Positions 26,505-37,363 of a stretch of 64,000 bases of DNA are shown one piece after another. The DNA is taken from positions 310,708-374,707 of the forward strand of contig CAWGLI010000002.1 in the NCBI GenBank assembly GCA_963823385.1, in the 5' to 3' direction. The notes under the pieces were generated by a model. That model had not been told where the DNA came from and did not search any database. It was given only the letters and a program-made list of their open reading frames with translations. Numbering within the stretch: the stretch's first letter is position 1; each line of letters starts with the position of its first letter. Source of the stretch: an uncultured Actinomycetes bacterium. Its GTDB lineage: Bacteria; Actinomycetota; Thermoleophilia; Gaiellales; Gaiellaceae. The translations under genes and the position numbers were made by a program.

Positions 26505-27173
26505 TCACGCGCCGGGCTCCGTCGCCGCACGCTCGCGCCGACGGCGGCGAACGACTCGCTCCGTGCGCTGTACGTGCTTCCGTGCCTCGCGACCTGCGCC
26601 GGCAGCATCGCGAGCTCGGATGGCGTCGACGATCGGCCGGTGGAACTCGACGAGCTCGAGGCGGTCGAAGTAGGTCCAGAAGACACCGAACGCCGTCGGC
26701 ACCTCGATCCCGAGCGCCAGCCAGGCGGCGAGGAGCGCATGGTTCCCCGATGCCTCGACGAGCACCCGATGAAAGGCGATGTCGTGCCCGAGCTGGGCAT
26801 CGATGTCGTCCGCCTTCGCCGCCGCAGACATCGCGTCGACCTCGGCGTCGAGGAGCGCGACGTCGAAGTCGTCGCGCTTCGCCGCCTCGCGGGCTGCGAG
26901 CTCCTCGAGCACGGCGCGCACGGGGAACACCTCGAGCAGGTCGTCGTCGCTGACCTCACGGACACGGGCGCTGCGAAACGGCTGCGACTCGACCAGCCGG
27001 AGCAGCTCCAGGTCGCGCAGGGCCTCGCGCACCGGCGCCTGACTCGTCCCCAACTCCTGCGCGATCCGCGTCTCGACCAGGAGATCTCCTGGTTTGAGCT
27101 CACCCCGCAGGATGCGGGCGAGCAGGATCTCCTTCACCTGCTCCCGGAGAACGGTGCGCGAGATCTCGCTCAG
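26505..27173 (-). CDS. GntR family transcriptional regulator (FCD type)
   Basis: LVETRIAQELGTSQAPVREALRDL HTH and DIAFHRVL. Probable CTG start behind GGAGG. Confidence 0.88.
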   Translation of the reverse strand: MSEISRTVLREQVKEILLARILRGELKPGDLLVETRIAQELGTSQAPVREALRDLELLRLVESQPFRSARVREVSDDDLLEVFPVRAVLEELAAREAAKRDDFDVALLDAEVDAMSAAAKADDIDAQLGHDIAFHRVLVEASGNHALLAAWLALGIEVPTAFGVFWTYFDRLELVEFHRPIVDAIRARDAAGAGREARKHVQRTERVVRRRRRERAATEPGA

Positions 27174-27337
27174 GGGCGACCCACCTCCGCATCGGCCCGC
27201 TGGAGGGTGTGGCGATCGTGGCTGTGTGCGGAGAGCACGCTGAACGTCACTGTCCTCGGTCGCCCGCGAGGGCGCCCCTGCGATCATCGATGATCGATTC
27301 AGGTGCCGTCAAGCCGCAACCAGCGGCACGTCGTCGC

Positions 27338-27985
27338 TCAGCCGGCGACGACCGGGTTCGTGATCTCACCCACCCCGTCGATCTGGATCGTGATCGTGTC
27401 GCCGGGTTGCAGGAGCCTCTGCGGGTCGCGGAAGACGCCTACGCCGGCGGGTGTGCCGGTGAGGATCAGGTCTCCTGCCTCCAGCGTCGAGGTCTGAGAT
27501 GCGTAGCTGATCACCTCGTCGATGCCGAAGATCAGGTTCGCCGTCGTCGAGTCCTGCATCACCTCGCCGTTCAAGATCGCGCGGATCGGCAACGCATGAG
27601 GATCGGCTACCTCGGCGGCCGGCACGAGCGGGCCGACCGGGCAGAAGGTGTCGGGCGACTTGCCGCGTGTCCACTGCCCGTCCGCGAACTGCAGGTCGCG
27701 GGCCGACACGTCGTTGGCGACGACGTAGCCCGCGATGGCCTCGAATGCGTTCTCCGTGCCGATTCCCTTGACCGTCGTCCCGATCACGACCCCGAGCTCT
27801 GCCTCGTAGTCGCACTTCGTGACGAGTGACGGAATCACGATCGGGTCACCGGGACCGGCGAGCGACGTCGTGTACTTCGCGAAGAAGAGAGGCGCCGCCG
27901 GAAGGTCGACGCCCTGCTCCTCGGCGTGGTCCCTGTAGTTGAGACCGACGCAGACGATCTTGCCGGGGCGATCGATGGGAATCAT
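27338..27985 (-). CDS. Fumarylacetoacetate hydrolase family protein
   Basis: KIVCVGLNY, DYEAEL, NDVSARD, GKSPDTF and ILTGTPAG motifs. Confidence 0.9.
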   Translation of the reverse strand: MIPIDRPGKIVCVGLNYRDHAEEQGVDLPAAPLFFAKYTTSLAGPGDPIVIPSLVTKCDYEAELGVVIGTTVKGIGTENAFEAIAGYVVANDVSARDLQFADGQWTRGKSPDTFCPVGPLVPAAEVADPHALPIRAILNGEVMQDSTTANLIFGIDEVISYASQTSTLEAGDLILTGTPAGVGVFRDPQRLLQPGDTITIQIDGVGEITNPVVAG

Positions 27986-28060
27986 GCGGCGACCCTACCG
28001 CAGCCTCGGGGGCGCGTGCTCAGACGATCGATTCTCGATCATGCGCAGTAGACTCGAACG

Positions 28061-29516
28061 ATGGCCTTCTCCCCCGCGCTCACGACCGAGTTCGGGGCGC
28101 TCCTCGGGGACGAGCACGTGATTGTGGAGCCCGATCGGCTTCGCGTGTACGACTGCGACGGGCTGACCGGGTGGCGTTCGACGCCGGCGGCCGTGTTGCT
28201 GCCTGCGTCGACGGCCGAGGTGCAGGAAATCGTCCGCCTGTGCACACGCGAGGGGATCCCGTGGGTGGCACGTGGAGCCGGGACGGGTCTCTCCGGAGGC
28301 GCGCTGCCGGTCGCGGACGGCGTCGTGATCGCGCTCACACGGATGAACGCGATCCTGGAGGTCGACCTCGCTTCACAGCGCGTCGTGGTGCAGCCTGGCG
28401 TCACGAACCTCGAGGTGACGCGTGCGGTCGAAGCGGACGGCTTCTTCTACGCACCGGACCCGTCGAGTCAGCAGGTCTGCACGATCGGCGGCAATGTCGC
28501 CGAGAACTCGGGTGGGGCGCACTGCCTGAAGAACGGGTTCACGGTGAACCACGTCACCGGTGTGACGCTCGTGCTGCCGGGTGGCGGGGTGGTCGAACTG
28601 GGTGGCAAGGTGCTCGACGAGGAACGGGCCCGATCTGCTCGGCGTCGTCGTCGGGTCAGAGGGCACGCTGGGCGTCGTCACCGAGATCACGCTGCGCGTC
28701 GTGCGGACGCCCGCGACGGTGACGACGATGCTCGCCGCCTTCCGGTCGATCACGGCTGCGGGTGAAGCCTGCTCCCGCGTGATCGCAGCCGGTGTCACGC
28801 CCGCCGCGCTGGAGATGATGGATCGGCTCACGATCGAGGCAGCCGAGCAGGCGTTCAACCCCGGGTACCCCGACGGGGCGCAGGCGTTGTTGCTCGTCGA
28901 GCTCGACGGTGTCGTCGAGCAGGTCGACCACGACGCACACGCGGTGGAAGAGCTCTGCCGTTCGCTCGGAGCCTTCGAGGTCCGGGTGGCGCGGGACGCC
29001 GACGAGCGACGGCTGCTCTGGCTCGGCCGCAAGGGCGCGTTTCCGGCGATGGGCCGGATCTCGCCGGACTACTACGTCCAGGACGGCGTCGTGCCGCGTA
29101 CGCGGCTGCCCGAGGTGCTCGAGCGGATCGAGGAGCTGTCGCGCGAGCACGGTCTCCGGGTCGGGAACGTCTTCCATGCGGGGGACGGGAATCTCCACCC
29201 GCTCGTCCTCTACGACAGCGCCACCGGGGAGACCGAGCGGGCCAAGGAGCTGGCCGACGCTATCCTCCTCGCCTGCCTCGACGCAGGTGGCTCACTCACG
29301 GGCGAGCACGGCATCGGCGTCGACAAAGCGTGTGCGATGCCGGGCATGTTCTCGGAGCGAGATCTCGAGGTGTTCGCACGGCTCCGAGCCGCGTTCGACC
29401 CCGAAGGCCTCGCCAACCCCGGGAAGGTGCTGCCGACGCCGCGACTCTGCGGCGAGGTGCCGGGGCCCTATCGGATGCACCCGTTGGAGCGGATGGGGCT
29501 TGCCGAGCGCTTCTGA
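28061..29516 (+). pseudogene. glcD: Glycolate oxidase FAD subunit with apparent frameshift near 28623
   Basis: RGAGTGLSGG, YAPDPSSQ and GSEGTLG motifs split over two frames; removing one A gives ...VLDEDGPDLLG...; HAGDGNLH and GEHGIG present. Confidence 0.85.
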
Positions 29517-30414
29517 ACAGTTGCGGCCGACGAGCCTCGCCGAGGCGAGCGAGGCGCTCGCCTCGGCCTCTGCCGGGGGCCGGCAGGTGCGGATCGGCGA
29601 GACGCTCGTCACCGACGGTCTGACGCGCATCCTCCAGCACGAGGCGGGTGACCTCACGTGCACCGTCGAGGCGGGGCTCCGACTGTCGGAATTGCGTGCT
29701 GTGCTCGCGCCGCACGGTCAACGCCTCTCGCTCGACCCGCCCGGTGACCCGACGGTGGGGGCATGCCTGGCCGCCAGCCTGTCGGGGCCGCTACGTCATC
29801 GCTTCGGTACTCCGCGTGACCTCGTCCTCGGCGTGACGCTGGTGCTCGGCGACGGCACGATCGCGAACGCCGGTGGCACGGTCGTCAAGAACGTCGCCGG
29901 CTACGACCTCGGGAAGCTCGTCTGCGGGTCGAGAGGCAGCCTCGGGTTGATCGCGCGCGCGTCGCTCCGGCTGCACCCGCTGCCGCGCTCCTCGGCGACG
30001 CTCGTGGCCGAGGTGAACGACCCTGCCGGCGCGGCACTGGCGATCCTGCGCTCACAGGTGCAGCCGAGCGCGCTCGACGTGCTGCATCCCGGTCGTGTGG
30101 CAGTCCTCTTCGAGGGCGTCGCGCCGGCCGTCGAGGCGCAGATCGCCGCCGCCCGGGCCCTCGTCGGCGGAGACGTCGCGGGCGACGAGGTCTGGCGCGA
30201 GTCACGCGAGCGCCAGGGCAGGGCACTGGGTCGGCTTCGCTTCGCGCCGCGCGATCTGCGGAACACGCTCTCCACGCTGCTCGAAGCCGTCGCGCGGCCG
30301 TCCGCCGGCGTCGCGTACGTCCCCGACCGCGTCGGCGGGGTCCCGTCTGCGGGCGTCCGGCAGCTGCAGCGAGCGATCAAGGACGCGCTCGATCCCGGCG
30401 CGGTGCTCGCCTGA
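29500..30414 (+). CDS. glcE: Glycolate oxidase FAD-binding subunit
   Basis: HEAGDLTCTVEAG, GGTVVKNVAGYDL and GSRGSLG motifs; TTG start inferred. Confidence 0.85.
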   Translation: MPSASEQLRPTSLAEASEALASASAGGRQVRIGETLVTDGLTRILQHEAGDLTCTVEAGLRLSELRAVLAPHGQRLSLDPPGDPTVGACLAASLSGPLRHRFGTPRDLVLGVTLVLGDGTIANAGGTVVKNVAGYDLGKLVCGSRGSLGLIARASLRLHPLPRSSATLVAEVNDPAGAALAILRSQVQPSALDVLHPGRVAVLFEGVAPAVEAQIAAARALVGGDVAGDEVWRESRERQGRALGRLRFAPRDLRNTLSTLLEAVARPSAGVAYVPDRVGGVPSAGVRQLQRAIKDALDPGAVLA

Positions 30415-30416
30415 CA

Positions 30417-31604
30417 ATGCTCCGAGACCGTCTCGCCGACTGCGTCCATTGCGGCTTCTGCCTGCCGTCGTGCCCCACCTACGTCCTGTGGCAGGAGGAG
30501 ATGGACTCGCCGCGCGGGCGCATCCAACTGATGGGCGCGCAGGTCGACGGGACGGCGACGCTGACGACGTCGGTCGTCGAGCATTTCGATCGCTGCCTCG
30601 GTTGCATGGCCTGCCTGTCCTCGTGTCCGTCGGGCGTTCGCTACGACGAGCTGATCGAAGCAACGCGCAACGCCGTCGAGGAAGGGTTCTCCCGTCCCCG
30701 CTCCGAGCGGCTGCAGCGAAGACTGCTGTTCGCGACGCTGCCGTATCCCCGAAGGATGCGGATCGCGCTGCGTCTTGCCCCGCTCGGCCGGGCGCTGCCG
30801 TCGCCGCGCTGGGTGCGTCCGCTGCTCGACGTCGCTCCGTCGTGGCGCTCGCGCGAGCACGCACCGGCGATGCTGCGCGCGGCGTCGCCTGGCGCCACAC
30901 GCGGCCGGGTCGGAATGCTCACGGGCTGCGTTCAACGTGCGATGTTCGGCGAGGTCAACGCAGCGACGGCGCGTGCGCTGTCGGCGGCCGGCTACGACGT
31001 CGTGGCGCCCGCTCAGGGCTGCTGCGGCGCCCTGTCCGCCCACGCGGGGCGCGCACAGGAGGCAGATCGCTTCACGAGGCGTCTGCGATCGGCGTTCGCC
31101 GACGTCGACACCGTGGTCGTCAACGCCTCGGGCTGCGGCTCGCACCTCAAGGAGCGCGGACTGCCGGCCGTCGACCTGACTGAAGCACTCGCCGACGCTG
31201 AACTGCCGGAGCTCCACCCACTCGACCTGGTTGTCGCGTACCAGGACTCGTGCCATCTCCGTCACGCCCAACGGCTCCCGACCGCGTGGCGGCCGCTGCT
31301 CGAGCGCATCCCCGGGCTTCGTCTCGTCGAGCCGGCCGAGCAGGACATCTGCTGCGGCTCGGCCGGGATCTACAACATCACGCAGCCCGAAGCGGCCCGC
31401 GAGCTGGGAGACCGGAAGGCAGCACACGTGCTCGCCACGAGCGCGGATGCACTCGCGAGCGCCAACCCGGGCTGCCTCGTACAGATCGCACAGGCGCTCG
31501 GGCGGGCAGGACAGCCGCTTCCCGCGTTCCATCCGGTGGAGCTGCTGGATGCCTCCATCCGCGGCGTCGAGGCCCCCGAGCTGCTCGCGCCAGCACGCCG
31601 CTGA
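30417..31604 (+). CDS. glcF: Glycolate oxidase iron-sulfur subunit
   Basis: CVHCGFCLPSCP, CLGCMACLSSCP and two CCG domains. Confidence 0.9.
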   Translation: MLRDRLADCVHCGFCLPSCPTYVLWQEEMDSPRGRIQLMGAQVDGTATLTTSVVEHFDRCLGCMACLSSCPSGVRYDELIEATRNAVEEGFSRPRSERLQRRLLFATLPYPRRMRIALRLAPLGRALPSPRWVRPLLDVAPSWRSREHAPAMLRAASPGATRGRVGMLTGCVQRAMFGEVNAATARALSAAGYDVVAPAQGCCGALSAHAGRAQEADRFTRRLRSAFADVDTVVVNASGCGSHLKERGLPAVDLTEALADAELPELHPLDLVVAYQDSCHLRHAQRLPTAWRPLLERIPGLRLVEPAEQDICCGSAGIYNITQPEAARELGDRKAAHVLATSADALASANPGCLVQIAQALGRAGQPLPAFHPVELLDASIRGVEAPELLAPARR

Positions 31605-31644
31605 CCCGGCCCACCGGCCGACGACCGGAGCTACGCTCAACGAT

Positions 31645-33348
31645 GTGACGAGGCCGGCCGAGACGCCCCTCCTGCGCCGCATCCGCGAGTCGGTGATCGG
31701 CGACGACCAGGTGATGCCCGGGCCTTTCGGGCCGCGGCGCGTGACGTACGCCGACTACACGGCGAGCGGCAGGGCGCTCGAGTTCATCGAGGACGTGATC
31801 CGCGACGAGGTGCTGCCGCGCTATGCCAACACCCATACGGAGTCGTCCGGCACCGGCCTGCAGACCACGCGCTTGCGGGAGGACGCGCGGCGGATCATCC
31901 ACGAGGCGGTCGGCGGCGACGACGACACCTGCATCATCTTCTGCGGCTCGGGCGCGACCGGTGCCGTCGACAAGTTGATCGGGATCCTCGGGCTCCGGTT
32001 GCCGTCCGCGCTCGAGGATCGCCACCACGTGACCTCCGCGATCCCACCCGAAGAGAGGCCCGTCGTCTTCGTCGGCCCGTTCGAGCACCACTCGAACGAG
32101 CTGCCGTGGCGGGAGTCGATCGCGGACGTCGTCGAGATCCCCGAGGATGCAGACGGGCACGTCGACCTCGGGACGCTGGAGGCCGAGCTCGTACGCCACG
32201 CTGCCCGTCCCCTCAAGATCGGCTCGTTCTCGGCGGCGTCCAACGTGACCGGGATCCTCTCCAACACGTGTGCGATAGCCGACCTCCTGCACCGCCACGG
32301 AGCGCTCTCGTTCTGGGACCTGGCAGCGGCGGCGCCGTACGTCGAGATCGAGATGCAGCCCACGTGCGAGCGCCATGCACTCGCCTACAAGGACGCGGCC
32401 TTCATCAGCCCTCACAAGTTCGTGGGCGGCCCGGGCACACCCGGTGTGCTCGTGGTGCGGCGCGAGCTCCTCGCGAACCGCGTGCCCGACGTCGTCGGCG
32501 GCGGCACGGTTGCCTACGTCAACCCAACCGATCACCGGTACCTCGACGACCCCGTACACCGGGAAGAGGCCGGCACACCCGCGATCGTGGAGGCGATCCG
32601 TGCCGGGCTCGTGTTCCAGCTCAAGGCGGCGGTAGGAGTCGAGGTGATCCGTGAGCACGAGGAGGACTTCTGGCGGCGCGCCGTCGCGCGCTGGCGCGAG
32701 AACCCGTCCCTCGAGCTCCTCGGCAACCTCGAGGCGGAACGTCTCTCGATCGTCTCCTTCGTCGTGCACCGTCCCGAGGGCCGCTACCTCCACCACAACT
32801 TCGTGGTCGCTCTGCTCAACGACCTCTTCGGGATCCAGGCGCGCGGCGGTTGCTCGTGCGCAGGCCCGTACGGCCATCGGCTGCTCGGCATCGACCTCGA
32901 CCGTTCCCACGAGTTCGAGCGGGAGATCGCGCGTGGCTGCGAGGGCATCAAGCCCGGCTGGACACGCGTGTCCTTCAACTACTTCATCTCCGAAGCCGTG
33001 TTCGAGTACATCGTGGCAGCCGTCGATCTCGTCGCCACGGAGGGCTGGCGTCTGCTGCCCGCCTACCGCTTCGACCCGGTGACGGGTCTCTGGCGTCACC
33101 GGGACGGGCCTGTGGAGCCTCCGTTCCGGCTCGCCGATCTCGCGTACGAGCCGTCGACCGGCGCCCTGTTGGTGCCGAACCTGCCACACGACCGCGCTCC
33201 CGAGTCGTCGCTCGCCGCGTACCTCGACGAAGCGCGCCGCGTGCTTGCCACCGCAGCCTGCGGAGACGGTGACGGTGCGTCGCCGGCCGTCAGCGACGAC
33301 TTCGAGCAGCTCCGCTGGTTCGAGCTGCCCGCGGTCTGCGTCACCTGA
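31645..33348 (+). CDS. Aminotransferase class V (cysteine desulfurase-like) PLP enzyme
   Basis: YADYTASG, EHHSNELPW, FISPHKFVGG and RGGCSCAGPY motifs. Confidence 0.88.
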   Translation: MTRPAETPLLRRIRESVIGDDQVMPGPFGPRRVTYADYTASGRALEFIEDVIRDEVLPRYANTHTESSGTGLQTTRLREDARRIIHEAVGGDDDTCIIFCGSGATGAVDKLIGILGLRLPSALEDRHHVTSAIPPEERPVVFVGPFEHHSNELPWRESIADVVEIPEDADGHVDLGTLEAELVRHAARPLKIGSFSAASNVTGILSNTCAIADLLHRHGALSFWDLAAAAPYVEIEMQPTCERHALAYKDAAFISPHKFVGGPGTPGVLVVRRELLANRVPDVVGGGTVAYVNPTDHRYLDDPVHREEAGTPAIVEAIRAGLVFQLKAAVGVEVIREHEEDFWRRAVARWRENPSLELLGNLEAERLSIVSFVVHRPEGRYLHHNFVVALLNDLFGIQARGGCSCAGPYGHRLLGIDLDRSHEFEREIARGCEGIKPGWTRVSFNYFISEAVFEYIVAAVDLVATEGWRLLPAYRFDPVTGLWRHRDGPVEPPFRLADLAYEPSTGALLVPNLPHDRAPESSLAAYLDEARRVLATAACGDGDGASPAVSDDFEQLRWFELPAVCVT

Positions 33349-33448
33349 CGCTCGGCCAGCGTCGCACAACAGTGCCCGCACCGCTCCTCGAGCCACGAGG
33401 CGTGGCTCTGGGGCTTCGGCACCGCGGCCGCAGCCCGACGCTGCCGCG

Positions 33449-34690
33449 TCAGGTCGGAGCCTCGGCTGGGCGGAGCTCGTCAAGGCGATCGACGCGCGCG
33501 AGCGCAGGGAAGAGACGGGGCCAGAGCAGGACGAGCGTGACCGTGGCGAGGCCCCCGACGACGACGGCAGGCACCGCACCGATCAATGCCGCCGCCACAC
33601 CGGACTCGAACGCGCCGAGCTCGTTCGACCCGCTGATGAACACCATCTCGACTGCGTTCACCCGCCCGCGCAGGGCGTCGGGTGTGACGAGCGGAAGGAT
33701 CGTCGCCCGCAGCACGACGCTCACCATGTCGAACGCGCCCGCGGCGGCCAGCGCAACGAGCGAGAGCCACATCTGGCGGGAGAGACCGAAGGCAGCCATC
33801 GCTGCCCCGAAGCCGCCGACGACCACGAGCAGCGTCGGCCCGACACGGCGCCTCAGAGGATGGCGGGCGAGGATCGCGCCGGCCACGATCGCGCCAACGG
33901 CAGGCGCGCTGCGCAGCAACCCGAGCCCGACCGGGCCGACATGGAGAATGTCCTTCGCGAAGACCGGCGTCAGAGCCACTGCGCCCCCGAGCAGAACGGC
34001 AAAGAGATCGAGGGAGATCGCGCCGAGCAGCACGGGTGTGCGCCTGATCAGCCGGATGCCCGCGAGGAGGCTGGCCGGCGTGACACGCTCCGGCACGAAC
34101 GGGTCTCTGTATCGCTCGTGCACGAACACGACGCAGCCGGCCGCGCCGACCGAGAGCACAGCGGCGACGCCGTAGACGAGCTGGGCCGAGATCGCAAACA
34201 GGACCCCGCCGAGCGCCGGCCCGGCGACGATCGCGGCCTGCCAGCCCGTCGAGTTCAGCGCCATCGCGGACGGCAGCGACTCCGCGGGGATCAAGGTCGG
34301 CGTCATAGCCCGCGATGCCGGCGCTCCGAGACCGGAAGCGATGCCGGTTACGAGCGCGAGGGCGAAGTACGGCATGACGGACGCCGGTTCGAGCGACGAC
34401 AGCCAGAGCAACGCGAGCGCAACGGCGGCGTCGATGCCCAGCATCAAGCCGACGAGGGCCCGACGCGGGAGACGATCGGCCATCTGTCCCGCCGGCAGCG
34501 CCAGCACGAGCAGCGGCAGGAACTCGGCGAGGCCGATCAGGCCCAGGTCGAGCGGGTCGCCGGTGATCGCGTACACCTGCCACCCGATGGCGACCTGCAT
34601 CATCGTCATCGCCACCGCCTCGAGGCCGACGGCGAGCCAGAAGAGCCGGAAGTCGCGGTGCTCGAATGCGCCGCCCGGCGGGCGGTTCAC
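33449..34690 (-). CDS. MFS transporter (DHA3-like)
   Basis: FRLFW, GWQVYAITGDPLDLGLIGL and LRGRV motifs. Confidence 0.88.
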   Translation of the reverse strand: MNRPPGGAFEHRDFRLFWLAVGLEAVAMTMMQVAIGWQVYAITGDPLDLGLIGLAEFLPLLVLALPAGQMADRLPRRALVGLMLGIDAAVALALLWLSSLEPASVMPYFALALVTGIASGLGAPASRAMTPTLIPAESLPSAMALNSTGWQAAIVAGPALGGVLFAISAQLVYGVAAVLSVGAAGCVVFVHERYRDPFVPERVTPASLLAGIRLIRRTPVLLGAISLDLFAVLLGGAVALTPVFAKDILHVGPVGLGLLRSAPAVGAIVAGAILARHPLRRRVGPTLLVVVGGFGAAMAAFGLSRQMWLSLVALAAAGAFDMVSVVLRATILPLVTPDALRGRVNAVEMVFISGSNELGAFESGVAAALIGAVPAVVVGGLATVTLVLLWPRLFPALARVDRLDELRPAEAPT

Positions 34691-35994
34691 GCAGCCTCGT
34701 GCTCGCCCGCGGTGCGCCTCAGCCGGACCGGGTGCTCGAACTCCACCTCGAGCCGGTGGATGCGGGAACCGCCGACTTCCAGCACGCGCAAGTGCAGCCC
34801 GAAGCAGACGACCTCGTCACCGACTCCCGCCTGTCTGCCGAGCTCGCCGAAGACGAGCCCTGCGATCGTGTGGTAGTCCTCGTGCTCGAGCGACGTGCCG
34901 AAGTCCTCGTTGAAGTCGTCGATCGTGTACGTCCCGTCGATGCGGATCGTGCGCTCGTCGACGTGCTCGACGGACGTGTCCGGTAGGTCGAACTCGTCCT
35001 CGATGTCGCCCACGATCTCCTCGAGCACGTCCTCGAGCGTGACGATGCCCACCGTCGACCCGTACTCGTCGACGACGACGGCCAGGTGCTGGTTCGTTCG
35101 CCGGAACTCGCCGAGCAACCCGCCGAGGTCCTTCGTCTCGGGGACGACGTAGACGGGACGCAGCAGGTCTGCCAGCTCGACCCGCTCGATCCCCTGGTCG
35201 GAGAGCGCCCGGAACAGGTCCCGCACGTGCAGCACACCGACGATCTCGTCGAGCGACTCCCTGTAGACGGGATAGCGGGTGTACGGCGACTCGAGCACCG
35301 TCTGGAGCGCCTTCTCGGCGGGCAGCTCGACGGTCAGGGCGACGAGGTCCGGACGCGGCACCATCACGTCGGACGCTTCCTTCTCGGCGAAGTCGAAGAC
35401 CTTGTACAGCATCTCCTCCTCGGCGGTCTGGATCTCGCCCACGTCCTCCGCGACCGCGACCGACTGACGGATGTCCTCACGTGTGAAGGCGATCATCCCG
35501 GCGGGGGCCGGTGTCACGCGCAGAAGCCTCAGGACGGCGTTCGCGGAGAGCTGGAGCAGCCAGACGATCGGATGCACGATCCGCGCGAAGACGCTCACCG
35601 GAACGGCGAGCGCCACCGCGAGCGCTTCGGCCTTTTGGAGAGCCACTGCCTTCGGCACGAGCTCCCCGAGCGTCACCGAGAGATACGTGAGCAGTGTGAA
35701 GGAGATCGCGAAGGCGACGCCCCGTGGCAACCACTCGATCATCCCGGAGATCAACGGCTCGCCCAGGGCACCGAGAGCGATCGCGAACACGGTGATCGCC
35801 ACCTGCACGGTGGAGATGAACCGGACGGGGTCGTCCATCAACCCAAGCGCCGTCCGCGCCGGCCTGCTCCCCTTCTCGGCGCGCTCCTCGAGCCGGGGGC
35901 GACGCGCGGTGACGAGCGCGTACTCGGCGGCGACGAACACGGCGTTGCCGAGCACGAGCAGGAGCACGCCGATGACCCGCCAGACGTCGCTCAC
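34687..35994 (-). CDS. Hemolysin/CNNM family protein (DUF21-CBS-CorC)
   Basis: [27 protein letters not shown] and [11 protein letters not shown] motifs. Confidence 0.92.
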   Translation of the reverse strand: MSDVWRVIGVLLLVLGNAVFVAAEYALVTARRPRLEERAEKGSRPARTALGLMDDPVRFISTVQVAITVFAIALGALGEPLISGMIEWLPRGVAFAISFTLLTYLSVTLGELVPKAVALQKAEALAVALAVPVSVFARIVHPIVWLLQLSANAVLRLLRVTPAPAGMIAFTREDIRQSVAVAEDVGEIQTAEEEMLYKVFDFAEKEASDVMVPRPDLVALTVELPAEKALQTVLESPYTRYPVYRESLDEIVGVLHVRDLFRALSDQGIERVELADLLRPVYVVPETKDLGGLLGEFRRTNQHLAVVVDEYGSTVGIVTLEDVLEEIVGDIEDEFDLPDTSVEHVDERTIRIDGTYTIDDFNEDFGTSLEHEDYHTIAGLVFGELGRQAGVGDEVVCFGLHLRVLEVGGSRIHRLEVEFEHPVRLRRTAGEHEAA

Positions 35995-36211
35995 GCGACC
36001 TCTCCCACAGAGCACGCATCTGCAGGGGCAGATCCGTGCTCGCGACAACCCCTGAAGCGGTCGCTATCGCAGCCGGTGCCTGCCACCCACGAAACAAGGG
36101 TTGACACACGGCGTCTCACGCGACGACACCGGCCGTTCGGCCGTCCGTCACCTGAGAAAGGGACGCCCCGGGTCGCGGGGCGCAGGTACTAGGCGGTAGC
36201 TCGCCGTCCAC

Positions 36212-37168
36212 TCAGGCGGCAGTATAGGTGACGATCCCGGACTGCTCGTGGCTCGCCGCCCGATCCTCGATCACGAGCCGCTCGAGGTGCGACAGCGCTT
36301 CGGTCACCGCGAAGCGCTGGTCGGAGTCCGACAGCCCATCGCCGAACAGTGCGCCGGAGACGTCGTGGGCCGTCCTCGGCCCGGCAGAGACAGCCCGGAC
36401 GGTGGCGTCGAGCCGTTCGCGATGGTGCGAGATGAGCTCTCTGGCCCGCGCTGACGGATCCTCGATGGGGTCGTGGTGGCCGGGCAGCACAAGCCTCGGT
36501 GCGATGTCGATCGTCCGCGCGAGTGCGTCGAAGTAATCGCCGAGCGGATCGGCGTTGCTCGCAGGCCAGAGACCGATGGCGGGCGAGATCGGCGCGAGCA
36601 GATGGTCGCCGCCGATCAGCACGCCGTCGCGCAGCAGCGTCAGCTGCCCGTCCGCATGCCCTGGTGCCGCAACCAGCTCCCAGCCGTCGATCTCGTCCCC
36701 TTCGTCGACGAGGATCGCGTCGGCGGCGAAGTGAACCGCTGACCGGATCAGCGCCGTCTCGGCGCCGAGGCGCGCGGCGAGCGTCGGCGGCATCCCGTGG
36801 CGGGTGAACCAGTCCTCGACCGGGTGCGAGCGATCCGTCCCCCAGGTCAGCACGCATTGCTCGTGATCCCGCGTCCCCTGGTAGAGCGGTGCGCCGGTCA
36901 GCTCGATCAGATCCGTCGAGGCCCCGACGTGATCCGGGTGGTAGTGCGTGACGAAGATCCGCCCGACTGGCCCGTCGAGCGATCGGAGCTCGTCCGCCCA
37001 GCGCTCCCGTGCTCCTGGGAGGCCGAGCCCAGTGTCCACGACCGTCCACCCGTCCGCTCCGGGGAGGAGGTACGAATGGACGTGCCCCAACCGAAATGGC
37101 AGCGGCAGTGTCACCCGGCGGATCCCGAGGGGTAGTGGCGCGGGTAGTGGCAGGGGTAGTGGCGTCAC
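36212..37168 (-). CDS. MBL-fold metallo-hydrolase
   Basis: THYHPDHVG, PGHADG, GDH and LPGHH motifs. Confidence 0.9.
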   Translation of the reverse strand: MTPLPLPLPAPLPLGIRRVTLPLPFRLGHVHSYLLPGADGWTVVDTGLGLPGARERWADELRSLDGPVGRIFVTHYHPDHVGASTDLIELTGAPLYQGTRDHEQCVLTWGTDRSHPVEDWFTRHGMPPTLAARLGAETALIRSAVHFAADAILVDEGDEIDGWELVAAPGHADGQLTLLRDGVLIGGDHLLAPISPAIGLWPASNADPLGDYFDALARTIDIAPRLVLPGHHDPIEDPSARARELISHHRERLDATVRAVSAGPRTAHDVSGALFGDGLSDSDQRFAVTEALSHLERLVIEDRAASHEQSGIVTYTAA

Positions 37169-37363
37169 GACACAACGCTACTCACGCAGAGGCTGCTCGG
37201 CGCCGTAGACGGTCAGGGACGAGCTGTCTGCCGCGGGAACACGTCGCCCGCCGCTGCGCGGCTGAGCGGGATCCGTCGGTTGAGCACCTCCTTCTGCTTA
37301 TCTCATGCATAAGCTGTTCTCATGACACTCTGGTACCGTGGGTCGACCGTGGGACAACCCGAT

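Noticed and set aside
37130-37165. Three near-tandem GGTAGTGGC units
   Set aside because: They simply encode the Pro/Leu-rich N-terminus (PLPLPAPLP) of the MBL hydrolase; the 12-nt period cannot shift frame.
37297-37313. CTTAT-N7-ATAAG inverted repeat upstream of cysH, and a possible SAM riboswitch
   Set aside because: No SAM riboswitch consensus is visible. The palindrome is a single short instance, too weak to call as an operator.
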